Origin: a virus
DNA: 64,000 nt
Reading direction: 5' to 3' (one strand)
IMG/VR virus record: IMGVR_UViG_3300032331_001766
Coordinates: 32,001-96,000 of that record
The notes below the pieces were generated by a model. It saw only the letters and a program-made list of their open reading frames with translations, did not search any database and was not told the origin of the DNA. The position numbers and the translations under genes were made by a program. Below are positions 1-10,282 of this stretch, one piece after another (positions within the stretch are counted from its first letter, which is position 1; every line of letters starts with the position of its first letter).

Positions 1-179
1 TTGTAAATATGGGAAGTTACCATAAATTAGAGATCACACATAATTTGGCATACAACCCAAATGTTACCGTTAAAAATAGTGCTGGAGATGTATTAGAGAC
101 GGGTATAGATTATAATAGTATTAACAAAATAACACTGATAATGGCTCAACCATTTGGTGGGACAGCGTACCTGTCTTAA
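1..179 (+). CDS. 3' end of a virion/fibre-associated protein (partial, runs off the window start)
   Basis: Open frame from nt 3 (VNMGSYHKLEITHNLAYNPNVTVKN...ITLIMAQPFGGTAYLS*), TAA at 177-179. Its THNL..VTV..TL..QP pattern matches the C-terminus of the next gene. Not in the ORF track. Confidence 0.75.
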   Translation, partial: VNMGSYHKLEITHNLAYNPNVTVKNSAGDVLETGIDYNSINKITLIMAQPFGGTAYLS

Positions 180-191
180 AGGAGAAAAGAA

Positions 192-2039
192 ATGGCAAGA
201 TTATTTGTAACTGATATCAATCTGAATAAGAATGAACTTCAGAACGCTAGAATTCAGGGGCTAAGTTCTGCTCCTTCAGCACCAGTAAATGGACAAATTT
301 ACTTTAATACAACAGACAAGGTTATGTATTATTACAATGGATTAGCTTCACCAGATGGTCCATGGGTGCCAATGTCTGGATCAACGGAAGTTATCCAGGA
401 CGTACTTGGTTCTGCTATCAATGGCGGAGTTGGCTTAACTGCAACTTATAATGATACAACTGGAGTACTTACTTTAGATTTAGATAACACTGCTGTTACA
501 GCAGGTTCATACGGATCATCAACAAAAATATCAACATTTACAGTAGATGCACAAGGTCGTTTGACTGCAGCAGGTGAAGTAGATGCAAACCTTTCAATTG
601 CTGGAGACACTGGAACAGATACAGTTAATGTATTAACTGATACGTTAACAGTTGCAGGCGGAGAAGGAATTGATGTTGCTGTAACAAATAATACAATTAC
701 AGTTTCTGGAGAAGATGCCTCTACAACTAATAAAGGTGTTGCATCATTTAATACAGATGATTTTAATACAACAACTGGACATGTAGAGCTAAAAGATACA
801 GTAGTTAAATCAATTACAACTGATTCTGGAGCGCTTACTCCATCAACACATGGAATTTCAATTCTTGGTGGAGAGGGAATTGATGTAACTCATACTGGTT
901 CATCAATTACAGTAGCAGCAGAAGATGCAACATCATCAAATAAAGGCGTTGCAAGCTTTGATTCAACAGATTTCACCGCTACAGCAGGAAATATAACATT
1001 AAATGCTGAGCGTGTACAAGATATTGTTGGTGGCTTAGTTTCTGGCGGAACTGGAATTACAGCAACCTATAATGATGCTGGAAATACAGAAACAATTAGT
1101 ATTACAAATACTGGAGTCTCTGCTGGAACATATGGTTCTGCAACAAAGACATCAACAGTTGCAGTAAATGCCCAAGGACAATTAACTTCTGCATCACATC
1201 AAGATATTGCAATTCCATCTACACAAATTACTGACTTTACAGAAGCAGTACAAGATGTTGCTGGAGCAATGGTATCTACTAATACAGAAAATGGTATTGC
1301 AGTATCATATGACGATACTTCAGGTAAATTAAACTTTGATGTATCCGATTTTGATATTACATTAACTGGAGACGTAACTGGTAGCGGAACAGTAACAAAT
1401 CTAGGAAACGTAAGCTTTGCAGCAACAATTCAACCAAACTCAGTAGAGCTTGGTACAGATACAACTGGTAATTATATAGCAACAATTGCTGGAACAGCAA
1501 ATCAAGTAACAGTGACTGGCTCAGGATCAGAAACAGCAGCTGTTACAGTAGGCTTACCAGATAACGTAGAAGTTGTTGGAAACTTAAGAGTTGGCGGCAA
1601 CTTAAATGTTGTTGGAACAGTTAATTCTGTAAATACAACTCAAGTAAATATTGTTGATAATAAGATTAATCTTAATACAGACTTTACAGGAGCACCAACT
1701 ACAGACGCTGGTATTCGTGTAGAGCGTGGAACATCTGCTGATGTTGAAGTATTATGGAATGAGTCCTCAGATAAGTGGACACTTACAAATGATGGTACAA
1801 ACTACCACTCAATTGCCAGAAAATTTACTTCAGACATAACAACAACAACCGAAGCCCCATTCACATTTGTGGCAACACACAATTTAGGAACAAGAGACGT
1901 TACAGTACAAATTTTTGCAACATCTTCTCCATGGAACCAAGTTGAATGTGATGTTGATCTAACCTCTACATCACAAGTAACTCTAACATTTGCAACACAG
2001 CCAACAGCTGGTGCATATAGAGTAGTTATTGTAGGATAA
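192..2039 (+). CDS. Fibre-like virion structural protein
   Basis: 615 aa, Thr/Gly/Asp-rich, internal repeats (GEGIDV, NKGVASF, YGS.TK...V.AQG.LT); SD AAGGAG upstream. Confidence 0.7.
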   Translation: MARLFVTDINLNKNELQNARIQGLSSAPSAPVNGQIYFNTTDKVMYYYNGLASPDGPWVPMSGSTEVIQDVLGSAINGGVGLTATYNDTTGVLTLDLDNTAVTAGSYGSSTKISTFTVDAQGRLTAAGEVDANLSIAGDTGTDTVNVLTDTLTVAGGEGIDVAVTNNTITVSGEDASTTNKGVASFNTDDFNTTTGHVELKDTVVKSITTDSGALTPSTHGISILGGEGIDVTHTGSSITVAAEDATSSNKGVASFDSTDFTATAGNITLNAERVQDIVGGLVSGGTGITATYNDAGNTETISITNTGVSAGTYGSATKTSTVAVNAQGQLTSASHQDIAIPSTQITDFTEAVQDVAGAMVSTNTENGIAVSYDDTSGKLNFDVSDFDITLTGDVTGSGTVTNLGNVSFAATIQPNSVELGTDTTGNYIATIAGTANQVTVTGSGSETAAVTVGLPDNVEVVGNLRVGGNLNVVGTVNSVNTTQVNIVDNKINLNTDFTGAPTTDAGIRVERGTSADVEVLWNESSDKWTLTNDGTNYHSIARKFTSDITTTTEAPFTFVATHNLGTRDVTVQIFATSSPWNQVECDVDLTSTSQVTLTFATQPTAGAYRVVIVG

Positions 2040-2041
2040 TC

Positions 2042-2338
2042 GTGGCTAGACAATTTCTAACCCCACTTACATTAGCGCTATTAGAAGAAAATCCAGCTAG
2101 CCCAATTGCTGGACAAATTTATTATAATACGACAGAACAAACAATCAAAGCGTATAACGGAATTGTTTGGTACGATGTAGCTGGACCTAAAGAAATTCTT
2201 GAGCACACTCACGGAACAGATGGCGCAGTAAATGAAGTGTTGTTTGCAGATTACGTTGATGAAGATAGAGTCTTTGCAAACTCTGGAAACATAGCTTCAA
2301 GTTTTATATATGATTATATTGATGGGGGTGGTGCATAA
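2042..2338 (+). CDS. Small virion protein, paralogous to the N-terminus of 192..2039
   Basis: MARQFLT...GQIYYNTT vs MARLFVT...GQIYFNTT; GTG start. Confidence 0.65.
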   Translation: MARQFLTPLTLALLEENPASPIAGQIYYNTTEQTIKAYNGIVWYDVAGPKEILEHTHGTDGAVNEVLFADYVDEDRVFANSGNIASSFIYDYIDGGGA

Positions 2339-5300
2339 TGGCAATTAGAATTCAATTACGCAGAGACACAGCAGCAAATTGGACTTCAGCAAATCCCGTT
2401 CTGGCTAACGGAGAAATGGGTATTGAGACAGATACCTTAAAAGCTAAAATAGGTAATGGCTCTGCCGCATGGTCAACAAGACCATATATAAACGTACTTC
2501 CATCAGAACTTACAGAGCTAGCACAAGATGCTGTCAACTCAGCAATTGTTGCAGGCGTTGGATTAGATAAGACATACGATGATGCAGGAAATACAATAAC
2601 ATTAGATATTGACTCTACTGTAGCAACTAAAACATTTGCAGCAGAGCTTTTAACAAATGCTACAAAATCAAACATTGTAATTACTGGAGATCAAAATGGT
2701 CTTACAATTACTGCAGAAAACGGAGTCGCAGACTCTACAACAGATAACCTTGCAGAAGGCTCAACTAATAAATATTTTACAGATGAAAGAGCGCAGGATG
2801 CTGTAGGAAATGCTTTAGGAAATGGTCTTAAGTATACAGACTCAACTGGAGCAATTGAACCAAATTTAACAACAGCTGGCGGAATAAAAATAGATGTATC
2901 TGGCAAATTAGCTGCAGATTCTCAATACGTAACATTTAATACTGAGACACAAACGCTTACAAATAAAACATTAACAACTCCAAAGGTTAATGAAAACGTT
3001 GCGCTTACATCAACATCAACAGAGTTAAATATACTTGACGGAGCAACATTATCTACAACAGAACTTAATTATGTAGATGGCGTTACATCAGCAATTCAGA
3101 CTCAAATTGACAACAAGGCTTCTTTATCTGGAGCTACATTTACAGGAGCAATATCTGGTACAAGCCTTACTTTGTCTGGTGACCTTACTGTTAATGGAAC
3201 TACAACAAATATTAACTCTACTAATTTAACTGTAGAAGATAAGAATATCGTTTTAGGAGATACCGCAACACCATCAGATGCAACTGCAGATGGCGGAGGT
3301 ATTACATTAAAGGGCTCTACAGATAAAACTTTTGCATGGTCAGATGCTACAGATTCATGGACATCATCTGAAAATATAAACCTTGCTTCAGGCAAGTCTT
3401 ACACTATTAATGGAACTAATATTAAAAATGTATCTGAGACTCTTACAAATAAGACTCTTACATCTCCAACAATAACATCCCCAACAGTTTCTGGCCTATA
3501 TTTATCAGACAACTCAGTAACATTTGAAGGACAAGGCGGAGATGATCAATATGAGACTATACTTTCTGTAGAAAATCCTACAGCAGATAGAACTATTATT
3601 CTTCCAGATGCTTCAGACCGTTTAGTTGGTAGAGCAACAGAGGATACATTAACAAATAAAACATTAACTCTTCCAAAAATTAATGATAATACTTTGCTTA
3701 CAGCAACTTCAACAGAACTTAATGTTTTAGATGGAATTACTGCCTCAACTTCAGAATTAAATAAGCTAGATGGAGTAACTGCAAGCACAGCAGAAATTAA
3801 TACTTTAACTGGAATAACTGCTTCAGCATCAGAACTTAATATTTTAGACGGAGCGACATTATCTACAACAGAATTAAATTATGTACAAAATGTTACTTCT
3901 TCAATTCAAACACAATTAAATTCAAAGCAACCAAAAATTACTGGAGTTTCAGATACAGAAATTGGTTACCTTGATGGAGTTACCTCTGCAATCCAGACAC
4001 AAATAGATTCTAAGCTTCCAAAAGCTGGTGGAACTATGACAGGTGCCATTGCAATGGGCACAAATAAAATTACAGGCTTGGGAACACCAACAGACAATAC
4101 AGATGCATCAACTAAAAATTATGTAGATTTAGCGGCAGCTGCTTCTATTACAAGCTCTAACTCTACTACAACTACAAAATTAGGCGATTACACAATTGAT
4201 GGTACTGCTGGAAATACAGTAACTTCAAGAATTGCTACAGCTAAAGGGCAGGCCAATGATTATACAGATTCCGCAATAAGTGGTCTTAGCAATACAGTTA
4301 CTACAGAGTATGTACCTTTAGCAATTTTAGCTCAAGAAGATGGAGTTGCAACATTAAATTCATCTGGCTACGTTCCTTTAACACAGTTAGACCCAGTTGT
4401 TGTAACAACAACAGGTGGAACAATTCCTTTAGCTAAATTAGATTCAACTGTTGTTTTGACAACATCTGCTCAAACACTTACAAATAAAACTTTAACCTCA
4501 CCAAAAATTAATGAAAACGTTGCTCTTACTACAACAGCAACTGAGTTAAATTATGTTGGTGGAGTAACATCAAGCATTCAAACTCAATTAGGTACTAAAT
4601 TAAACCTATCTGGTGGAACAATGACTGGAGCTTTAACTCTTTCTGCTGCCCCAACATCAGACCTGCATGCAGCAACTAAACTATATGTTGATAACGTAAC
4701 TGCTGGAATTAACTTCCACGAATCAGTTCACGCAGCCTCAGTATCAAACCTATCAACAATTTATAACAATGGAACATCTGGAGTAGGCGCAACACTTACA
4801 GCAGATACAAACCGTGCATTCTCAACACTTGACGGAGAATCAGTTGTTGTTGGACAAAGAGTACTTATTAAGAACCAGACAGACTCAAAGCAAAACGGTA
4901 TTTATACATTGACAACATTAGGTTCAGGATCTGCTCCATGGGTATTAACTCGTGCAACAGATGCAGATAATAACCCAGTTGGAGAAATGAAGACAGGTGA
5001 CTTTGTATTTGTTCAAAACGGAACAATAAATGCATCTATTGGATATATTAATAATTCAACAGCAAACCCAATAGTAATTGGAACAAGCAATATTACTTAT
5101 ACAGAGTTTAATGCTGGTAAAACAGTAGTTGCTGGAACTGGTTTGACAGAAGCAACTCCTGGAACATTATCAATTGATACTGGTATAACTGCTAATTTAT
5201 CAGGTGCTCAGACATTAACTAATAAAACAATTTCTGGTAGCTCAAACACATTAACAAATATTGCAAATAATAGCCTAGTTAATAATTCTATAACTTTAGG

Positions 5301-6324
5301 TACAGTAACTACAATACTTGGAAATACATATACAACATTAGAAGGATTTACATCAATCTCTGCAACAACATTTACTGGTGATTTTACTGGAAATTTGACA
5401 GGAAATGCATCTACGGTAACAAATGGTATTTATACAACTGGCACATACGCAAATCCAGCTTGGCTTACATCTTTAAGCGCAACAAAAGTTGGTTTAGGAA
5501 ATGTTGAGAATACAGCTCTTTCAACATGGACTGGAAGCACTTCATTAGTTACACTAGGTACAATTACAGATGGAACATGGTCTGCAAATACAATTGCCTT
5601 AAATAAAGGTGGAACTGGTGCAACTACACAAATTGGAGCAGCAAATGCAATATTACCATCACAGACAACAAATGCAAATAAATATTTAACTACAGATGGC
5701 TCAAATGTTTCATGGGCATCGGTTCCAGCAGGATATAATGCACCAACAATTGGTACAACATTATTACAGTCTGGAACGACTTATCCAGGATTTGCTAATT
5801 TACAATTAGCAACTGCAACACTAGATAATGCAACAATTAATGCTGCAACAATGACTGGGGCTATTATAGTACCAACCCCAACAGCAAATAGCCATGCAGC
5901 AACAAAATTATATACAGACACAGCAGCAACAAATGCAGCAACAGCTGCTGGAACAATAGAAAGAACATATACAAATGATCGTTTAGACATAGTTCCATTA
6001 GATGATATAAGCACATTATTTAATGGGTCTGAGTCTAGATTCCCAGCAAAGGTCGGTGGAACGAAAATAGATATTACTAACCCGCTTAGACTTTTGATAA
6101 ACATTAATGGTATAATTCAAATGTTGGGTAATCAAGATAACCATTGGTTGTCGCCGATTAATGAAGATGGATTTTATATAGATGGAGACGGATATATAGA
6201 ATTTGGGGAGCCAATACCATTTGGTTCTACATTTGATGCAAGGCTTATGCCAGGCAAGACAAGCAATACTTTAGAAAAATCAAGATATCCGTTCAGAGCA
6301 ACAGATATATTACTAGGAGCGTAA
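2338..6324 (+). CDS. Long fibre protein with Mtd-N (major tropism determinant N-terminal)-like domain
   Basis: N-terminus IQLRRDTAANWTSANPVLANGEMGIETDT.K.KIGNG is typical of Mtd_N/hyaluronidase-N; repeated TLTNKTLT and ELNxLDG motifs; 1328 aa. Confidence 0.75.
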   Translation: MAIRIQLRRDTAANWTSANPVLANGEMGIETDTLKAKIGNGSAAWSTRPYINVLPSELTELAQDAVNSAIVAGVGLDKTYDDAGNTITLDIDSTVATKTFAAELLTNATKSNIVITGDQNGLTITAENGVADSTTDNLAEGSTNKYFTDERAQDAVGNALGNGLKYTDSTGAIEPNLTTAGGIKIDVSGKLAADSQYVTFNTETQTLTNKTLTTPKVNENVALTSTSTELNILDGATLSTTELNYVDGVTSAIQTQIDNKASLSGATFTGAISGTSLTLSGDLTVNGTTTNINSTNLTVEDKNIVLGDTATPSDATADGGGITLKGSTDKTFAWSDATDSWTSSENINLASGKSYTINGTNIKNVSETLTNKTLTSPTITSPTVSGLYLSDNSVTFEGQGGDDQYETILSVENPTADRTIILPDASDRLVGRATEDTLTNKTLTLPKINDNTLLTATSTELNVLDGITASTSELNKLDGVTASTAEINTLTGITASASELNILDGATLSTTELNYVQNVTSSIQTQLNSKQPKITGVSDTEIGYLDGVTSAIQTQIDSKLPKAGGTMTGAIAMGTNKITGLGTPTDNTDASTKNYVDLAAAASITSSNSTTTTKLGDYTIDGTAGNTVTSRIATAKGQANDYTDSAISGLSNTVTTEYVPLAILAQEDGVATLNSSGYVPLTQLDPVVVTTTGGTIPLAKLDSTVVLTTSAQTLTNKTLTSPKINENVALTTTATELNYVGGVTSSIQTQLGTKLNLSGGTMTGALTLSAAPTSDLHAATKLYVDNVTAGINFHESVHAASVSNLSTIYNNGTSGVGATLTADTNRAFSTLDGESVVVGQRVLIKNQTDSKQNGIYTLTTLGSGSAPWVLTRATDADNNPVGEMKTGDFVFVQNGTINASIGYINNSTANPIVIGTSNITYTEFNAGKTVVAGTGLTEATPGTLSIDTGITANLSGAQTLTNKTISGSSNTLTNIANNSLVNNSITLGTVTTILGNTYTTLEGFTSISATTFTGDFTGNLTGNASTVTNGIYTTGTYANPAWLTSLSATKVGLGNVENTALSTWTGSTSLVTLGTITDGTWSANTIALNKGGTGATTQIGAANAILPSQTTNANKYLTTDGSNVSWASVPAGYNAPTIGTTLLQSGTTYPGFANLQLATATLDNATINAATMTGAIIVPTPTANSHAATKLYTDTAATNAATAAGTIERTYTNDRLDIVPLDDISTLFNGSESRFPAKVGGTKIDITNPLRLLININGIIQMLGNQDNHWLSPINEDGFYIDGDGYIEFGEPIPFGSTFDARLMPGKTSNTLEKSRYPFRATDILLGA
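3706..3900 (+). repeat. Five tandem 13-aa repeats (STxELNxLDGxTA) in the fibre shaft
   Basis: TSTELNVLDGITA / STSELNKLDGVTA / STAEINTLTGITA / SASELNILDGATL / STTELNYVQNVTS. Confidence 0.85.
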
Positions 6325-6329
6325 CGCAA

Positions 6330-9300
6330 ATGGCAAGAAAAATTTTATTAGAAACAGCATATACATTTACACCGTCAGCAAATACGGTTGTAATTCCAAA
6401 GACAATTTTGAGAGAAAGACTGTTACTTATCACAAATGTGACATCTAACCAAGTTATTTATAACTTCTCAGATCCAAGTTTAAAAGCAACATCATATATT
6501 ACTAACACAGACTCAAGCGCAAATGAGTCTACAACAATTGTATTAAGCTACAATACAGCAGCAATGCTTTCAACAGACAAGCTTTCCTTTACAATTGATG
6601 AATATGCTGAAAAATTTGAGCCAGCAGAGACATTGATGGACCCAACAAATAAGTTGAGAGTATCAACTCCACAATCTCTTATCGATACCGACTTTGAGTA
6701 TGGTACACAGATTTCTAAGTGGGAAAATTTAGGTCTTTATAACAATAGACCATTTTCTTATACAAGCCCAACACAAATTTCAAATATTTCAGGAATTGCA
6801 ATGGCTAATGGTTCTAGAACTGTTACAGTCACACTTTCATCTGGAGCAGCTCCAGCAAACAATACACCAATTGTTGTACAGGATACATACCTACAAGCAG
6901 CAAATGGTAACTTTATTATCGAAACAGGCGGAGGAGGATCATCATTTACTTACACTGCGTCATCAACAAATACTACATCAGTGACAGCGATCTTTGATCC
7001 AAATAAAACAGTAGTATCAACAGGAAATCTATTTTCTGGTGCACAAATTGGTGGAACACCAACTCTTTCATATTCTGGTCGCAAAATTACAGTAACAACT
7101 ACAATTCCTCATGGCCTAGCATTAGGAAATGAAATTGTAGTAATGGGTGTAACAGCTTCAACAAATGCACCAAATGGAAATATGGAAGTTGCACAGATTA
7201 CAAGCTCTACAGTCTTCTCATACTATGCAGATGCTATTCCAACTGGAACTTTAGCTGCAGGTTCAATTTACGTAAGACCACAAGCATCATTCTCACACAG
7301 ACCAGCAGATGGCGGAGTTATTTTCGGTACAAACTCTGGTTCAAATTATGCTTCAGCAACAAGACAGACAAGACGTTATTTCCGTTACCAATCAGGTAAA
7401 GGTATTCAATTCTCATCTGGAACAATTTTAAAGCCATACGCAGGTATTGATTCAATTACTTGGGATGGATCTATTGTTACAGTTCAAACAAAAGAAAGAC
7501 ACAATATTCAGCCAGGAACAGTTGTTAAGGTTGGTGGTTGTGATCAGTATCAATTTAATGGAACATTTACAATTACAAGCATTATAGCTTTTGATAAGTT
7601 CCAGTACACACCAACAACTTCACCAACAACATCAATTGCTACTGGTGCATTTTATGCTTCAGTAGAAGGATGGACTGGCTGCCAAAATAGACTAGGCGGA
7701 TTTGATAGTCAAAATGGTTTATTCTTTGAGTATGATGGTAAGACATTGTATGCAGTTAGAAGAAATTCTACATTCCAGGCTTCTGGAAGAGTTAGCGTAA
7801 CAAATGGAACATCTTTGGTTACACAAACATCTTCAACATTCCCAACCTACTTTGCAAAGCAATTTGCACCAGGAGACTACATTGTAATTAGAGGTCAATC
7901 ATATAAGATTCAAGATATTGCATCAAACGTATCTATGACAATTACGCCAGCATATCGTGGAGCAACCACAGATTATGCAATTCTTTCAAAGACTCAAGAA
8001 ACTCGTATTGCTCAATCATCGTTTAATATTGATAAACTAGACGGAACAGGCCCATCACAATACAATCTAGACTTAGGCAAAATGCAGATGTTCTATATTG
8101 ACTATACATGGTATGGTGCTGGTTTCGTAAGATGGGGTGTTAGAGGTCCAAAAGGTAACGTTGTTTATGTACACAAGATGCCTAACAACAACATGAATAC
8201 AGAAGCTTATATGCGTTCTGGAAACTTGCCAGGAAGATATGAATCTACAACAACACCTCCTTATACATTTACTAAGGCAGATATGCTAACAACAGATTCA
8301 GCTATATCAGTTTCAGATACTACCAAATTCCCAGACGCAGGTACACTTGTAGTTAGAAATGCAAGCACATACGAGTATGTAAACTATACTGGAAAAACAC
8401 AGTCTACTGGTATTTACACCACTACAGCTACAGGAACATCTGGAGTCGGAACTCTTGTTGTAGGTTCAAATACTGGACTAGCCGTAGGAATGACTGCAAC
8501 TGGTATTGGAGTTGGTTATGGCGCAACAATTACAAACGTAAACGGAACAGTCATTACTGTATCTGTTGCAAATACATCTGCAGTCAACGGAAACGTTGTA
8601 TTCAGCGGTGGAGCAACATCTGGTACATTCACTGGTTTAACTAGAGCAAAAGCTGGAGAAGCAAGCGTAAGCTTAACAATTGCAGCTGGAGCAAATGGTT
8701 GTACTGGAGTAACAACAACAAACCTACAAGTAGGTATGAGAGTAATTTCTTCAGCTTTCCCTGAAGGAACATATATTTCAAAGATTGTTGGAAGCGAAGT
8801 TACTTTCTCACAAGCAGCACTTTCTGCAAATCCAACTGGAGTAATTTTTGCTCCAATGGGTGCAACATCAGCTCAATTATTTACATATTCTGATACAGCC
8901 CCAACATGTGTTGAATTAGCTTTCCCAACATTCTCAGCATCAATTTCACACTGGGGAACATCAGTAATTATGGATGGTCGCTTTGATGATGATAAGTCGC
9001 TTGTCTTTACATATGGACAAAGAGTTGCAACAGCACTGGCACCAGCACAAAACGTTACAACAACAATCACAGGAACATCTGGAGCGAATACAATTGTAGT
9101 TGGTTCAGGTACAAACTTAGTACCAGGCATGTCAGTGACAGGAACTGGTATCGGAGCAGGAGCAACTGTAACAATTGTTAACGGAACAGGTATTACATTA
9201 TCTGTTAATAACTCAGGAACAGTTTCTGGTAACGGAACATTCTCTGGTGGTAACTCAAAGGCACTATTCTCAATTAGAGTAGCCCCTTCAGTAGATAATG

Positions 9301-9758
9301 GTATCGCAGCAGCGTTCGGTGCTCGTGAACTTGTAAACAGAATGCAGCTAACACTTAGAGCTCTTGATGTTACAACTTCAACAGCAGGTGCAAACCTACT
9401 CGTAACAGCCGTTTTGAATGGCCTTCCAAGCTCATCAACTCCTTGGACAAATGCAGTAGGAAATGCAGCAGGAGCAGTTAACTCTTCTCTAGCACAAATT
9501 GCAGATTATGCTGGTGGTTTAACAACAGTGTCTGGTGGAGAAGTAACAGCTGGATTCTTCGTTGGAACTGGTGCAAACTCAATCGATCTTTCAGGAGTTC
9601 GTGATCTTGGTAACTCTGTCCTTGGTGGCGGAGGAGTAAATGCTAACACAAATATCTATCCAGATGGACCAGATGTACTTACAGTAACAATTTCAAACCT
9701 TGGTACTACATCTGCATCAGTGTTCGGTAGATTATCTTGGACAGAAGCTCAGGCATAA
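6330..9758 (+). CDS. Large beta-rich virion structural protein
   Basis: 1142 aa, Thr/Gly/Ser-rich, repeated small beta domains (HGL..G..I.V.G type; VGM.VTG.GIG.GAT), in the fibre cluster. Confidence 0.65.
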   Translation: MARKILLETAYTFTPSANTVVIPKTILRERLLLITNVTSNQVIYNFSDPSLKATSYITNTDSSANESTTIVLSYNTAAMLSTDKLSFTIDEYAEKFEPAETLMDPTNKLRVSTPQSLIDTDFEYGTQISKWENLGLYNNRPFSYTSPTQISNISGIAMANGSRTVTVTLSSGAAPANNTPIVVQDTYLQAANGNFIIETGGGGSSFTYTASSTNTTSVTAIFDPNKTVVSTGNLFSGAQIGGTPTLSYSGRKITVTTTIPHGLALGNEIVVMGVTASTNAPNGNMEVAQITSSTVFSYYADAIPTGTLAAGSIYVRPQASFSHRPADGGVIFGTNSGSNYASATRQTRRYFRYQSGKGIQFSSGTILKPYAGIDSITWDGSIVTVQTKERHNIQPGTVVKVGGCDQYQFNGTFTITSIIAFDKFQYTPTTSPTTSIATGAFYASVEGWTGCQNRLGGFDSQNGLFFEYDGKTLYAVRRNSTFQASGRVSVTNGTSLVTQTSSTFPTYFAKQFAPGDYIVIRGQSYKIQDIASNVSMTITPAYRGATTDYAILSKTQETRIAQSSFNIDKLDGTGPSQYNLDLGKMQMFYIDYTWYGAGFVRWGVRGPKGNVVYVHKMPNNNMNTEAYMRSGNLPGRYESTTTPPYTFTKADMLTTDSAISVSDTTKFPDAGTLVVRNASTYEYVNYTGKTQSTGIYTTTATGTSGVGTLVVGSNTGLAVGMTATGIGVGYGATITNVNGTVITVSVANTSAVNGNVVFSGGATSGTFTGLTRAKAGEASVSLTIAAGANGCTGVTTTNLQVGMRVISSAFPEGTYISKIVGSEVTFSQAALSANPTGVIFAPMGATSAQLFTYSDTAPTCVELAFPTFSASISHWGTSVIMDGRFDDDKSLVFTYGQRVATALAPAQNVTTTITGTSGANTIVVGSGTNLVPGMSVTGTGIGAGATVTIVNGTGITLSVNNSGTVSGNGTFSGGNSKALFSIRVAPSVDNGIAAAFGARELVNRMQLTLRALDVTTSTAGANLLVTAVLNGLPSSSTPWTNAVGNAAGAVNSSLAQIADYAGGLTTVSGGEVTAGFFVGTGANSIDLSGVRDLGNSVLGGGGVNANTNIYPDGPDVLTVTISNLGTTSASVFGRLSWTEAQA

Positions 9759-9770
9759 GGAGAATATAAA

Positions 9771-10271
9771 TTGTCTATCAATAAGGCTAAAGTCAATTAC
9801 GATGATGCCCTTGAGGTCAAATCTATAGTCTCATCTGATTCAGCGGGATTTAATGGTGTAACCTCTTTGGCTGGTACTACCAAATTACTAGGAATACTTG
9901 ATTTATCTCAAGGAACAGTAGTGTTTGCAGATGGTATCCAGTCAAAGCAGGGAACACCTTCCCTAACTGATATTAAAGTTAAATATTTTAACTACACATT
10001 ATCATCATTAGATGATAGAGATAGTATTATTGAAATGAATAATGTTGCTGCAAATACATTAACTGTTCCATTAGATTCTACAACTAACTTTCCTATTGGA
10101 ACAACTATTGATATAATTCAAGCAAATGCTGGTCAAACTACAGTTGTTGCAACAGCAGGAGTTATTATTAATGCTACACCTGGTTTACAGCTAAGACAAA
10201 AATGGTCTGTTGCTACATTATTAAAAAGAGCACCAAATACATGGTTGCTTTTTGGCGACTTAACAGCTTAA
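9771..10271 (+). CDS. Fibre-associated virion protein
   Basis: C-terminal FPIGTTIDIIQ...ATLLKRAPNTWLLFGDL motif seen at phage fibre C-termini; SD AAGGAG, TTG start. Confidence 0.6.
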   Translation: MSINKAKVNYDDALEVKSIVSSDSAGFNGVTSLAGTTKLLGILDLSQGTVVFADGIQSKQGTPSLTDIKVKYFNYTLSSLDDRDSIIEMNNVAANTLTVPLDSTTNFPIGTTIDIIQANAGQTTVVATAGVIINATPGLQLRQKWSVATLLKRAPNTWLLFGDLTA

Positions 10272-10282
10272 AGGGGATATAA

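Noticed and set aside
2338-2500. Mtd-like N-terminus suggesting a diversity-generating retroelement
   Set aside because: Only the N-terminal structural domain is similar. No C-type-lectin variable region, template repeat or RT is visible.
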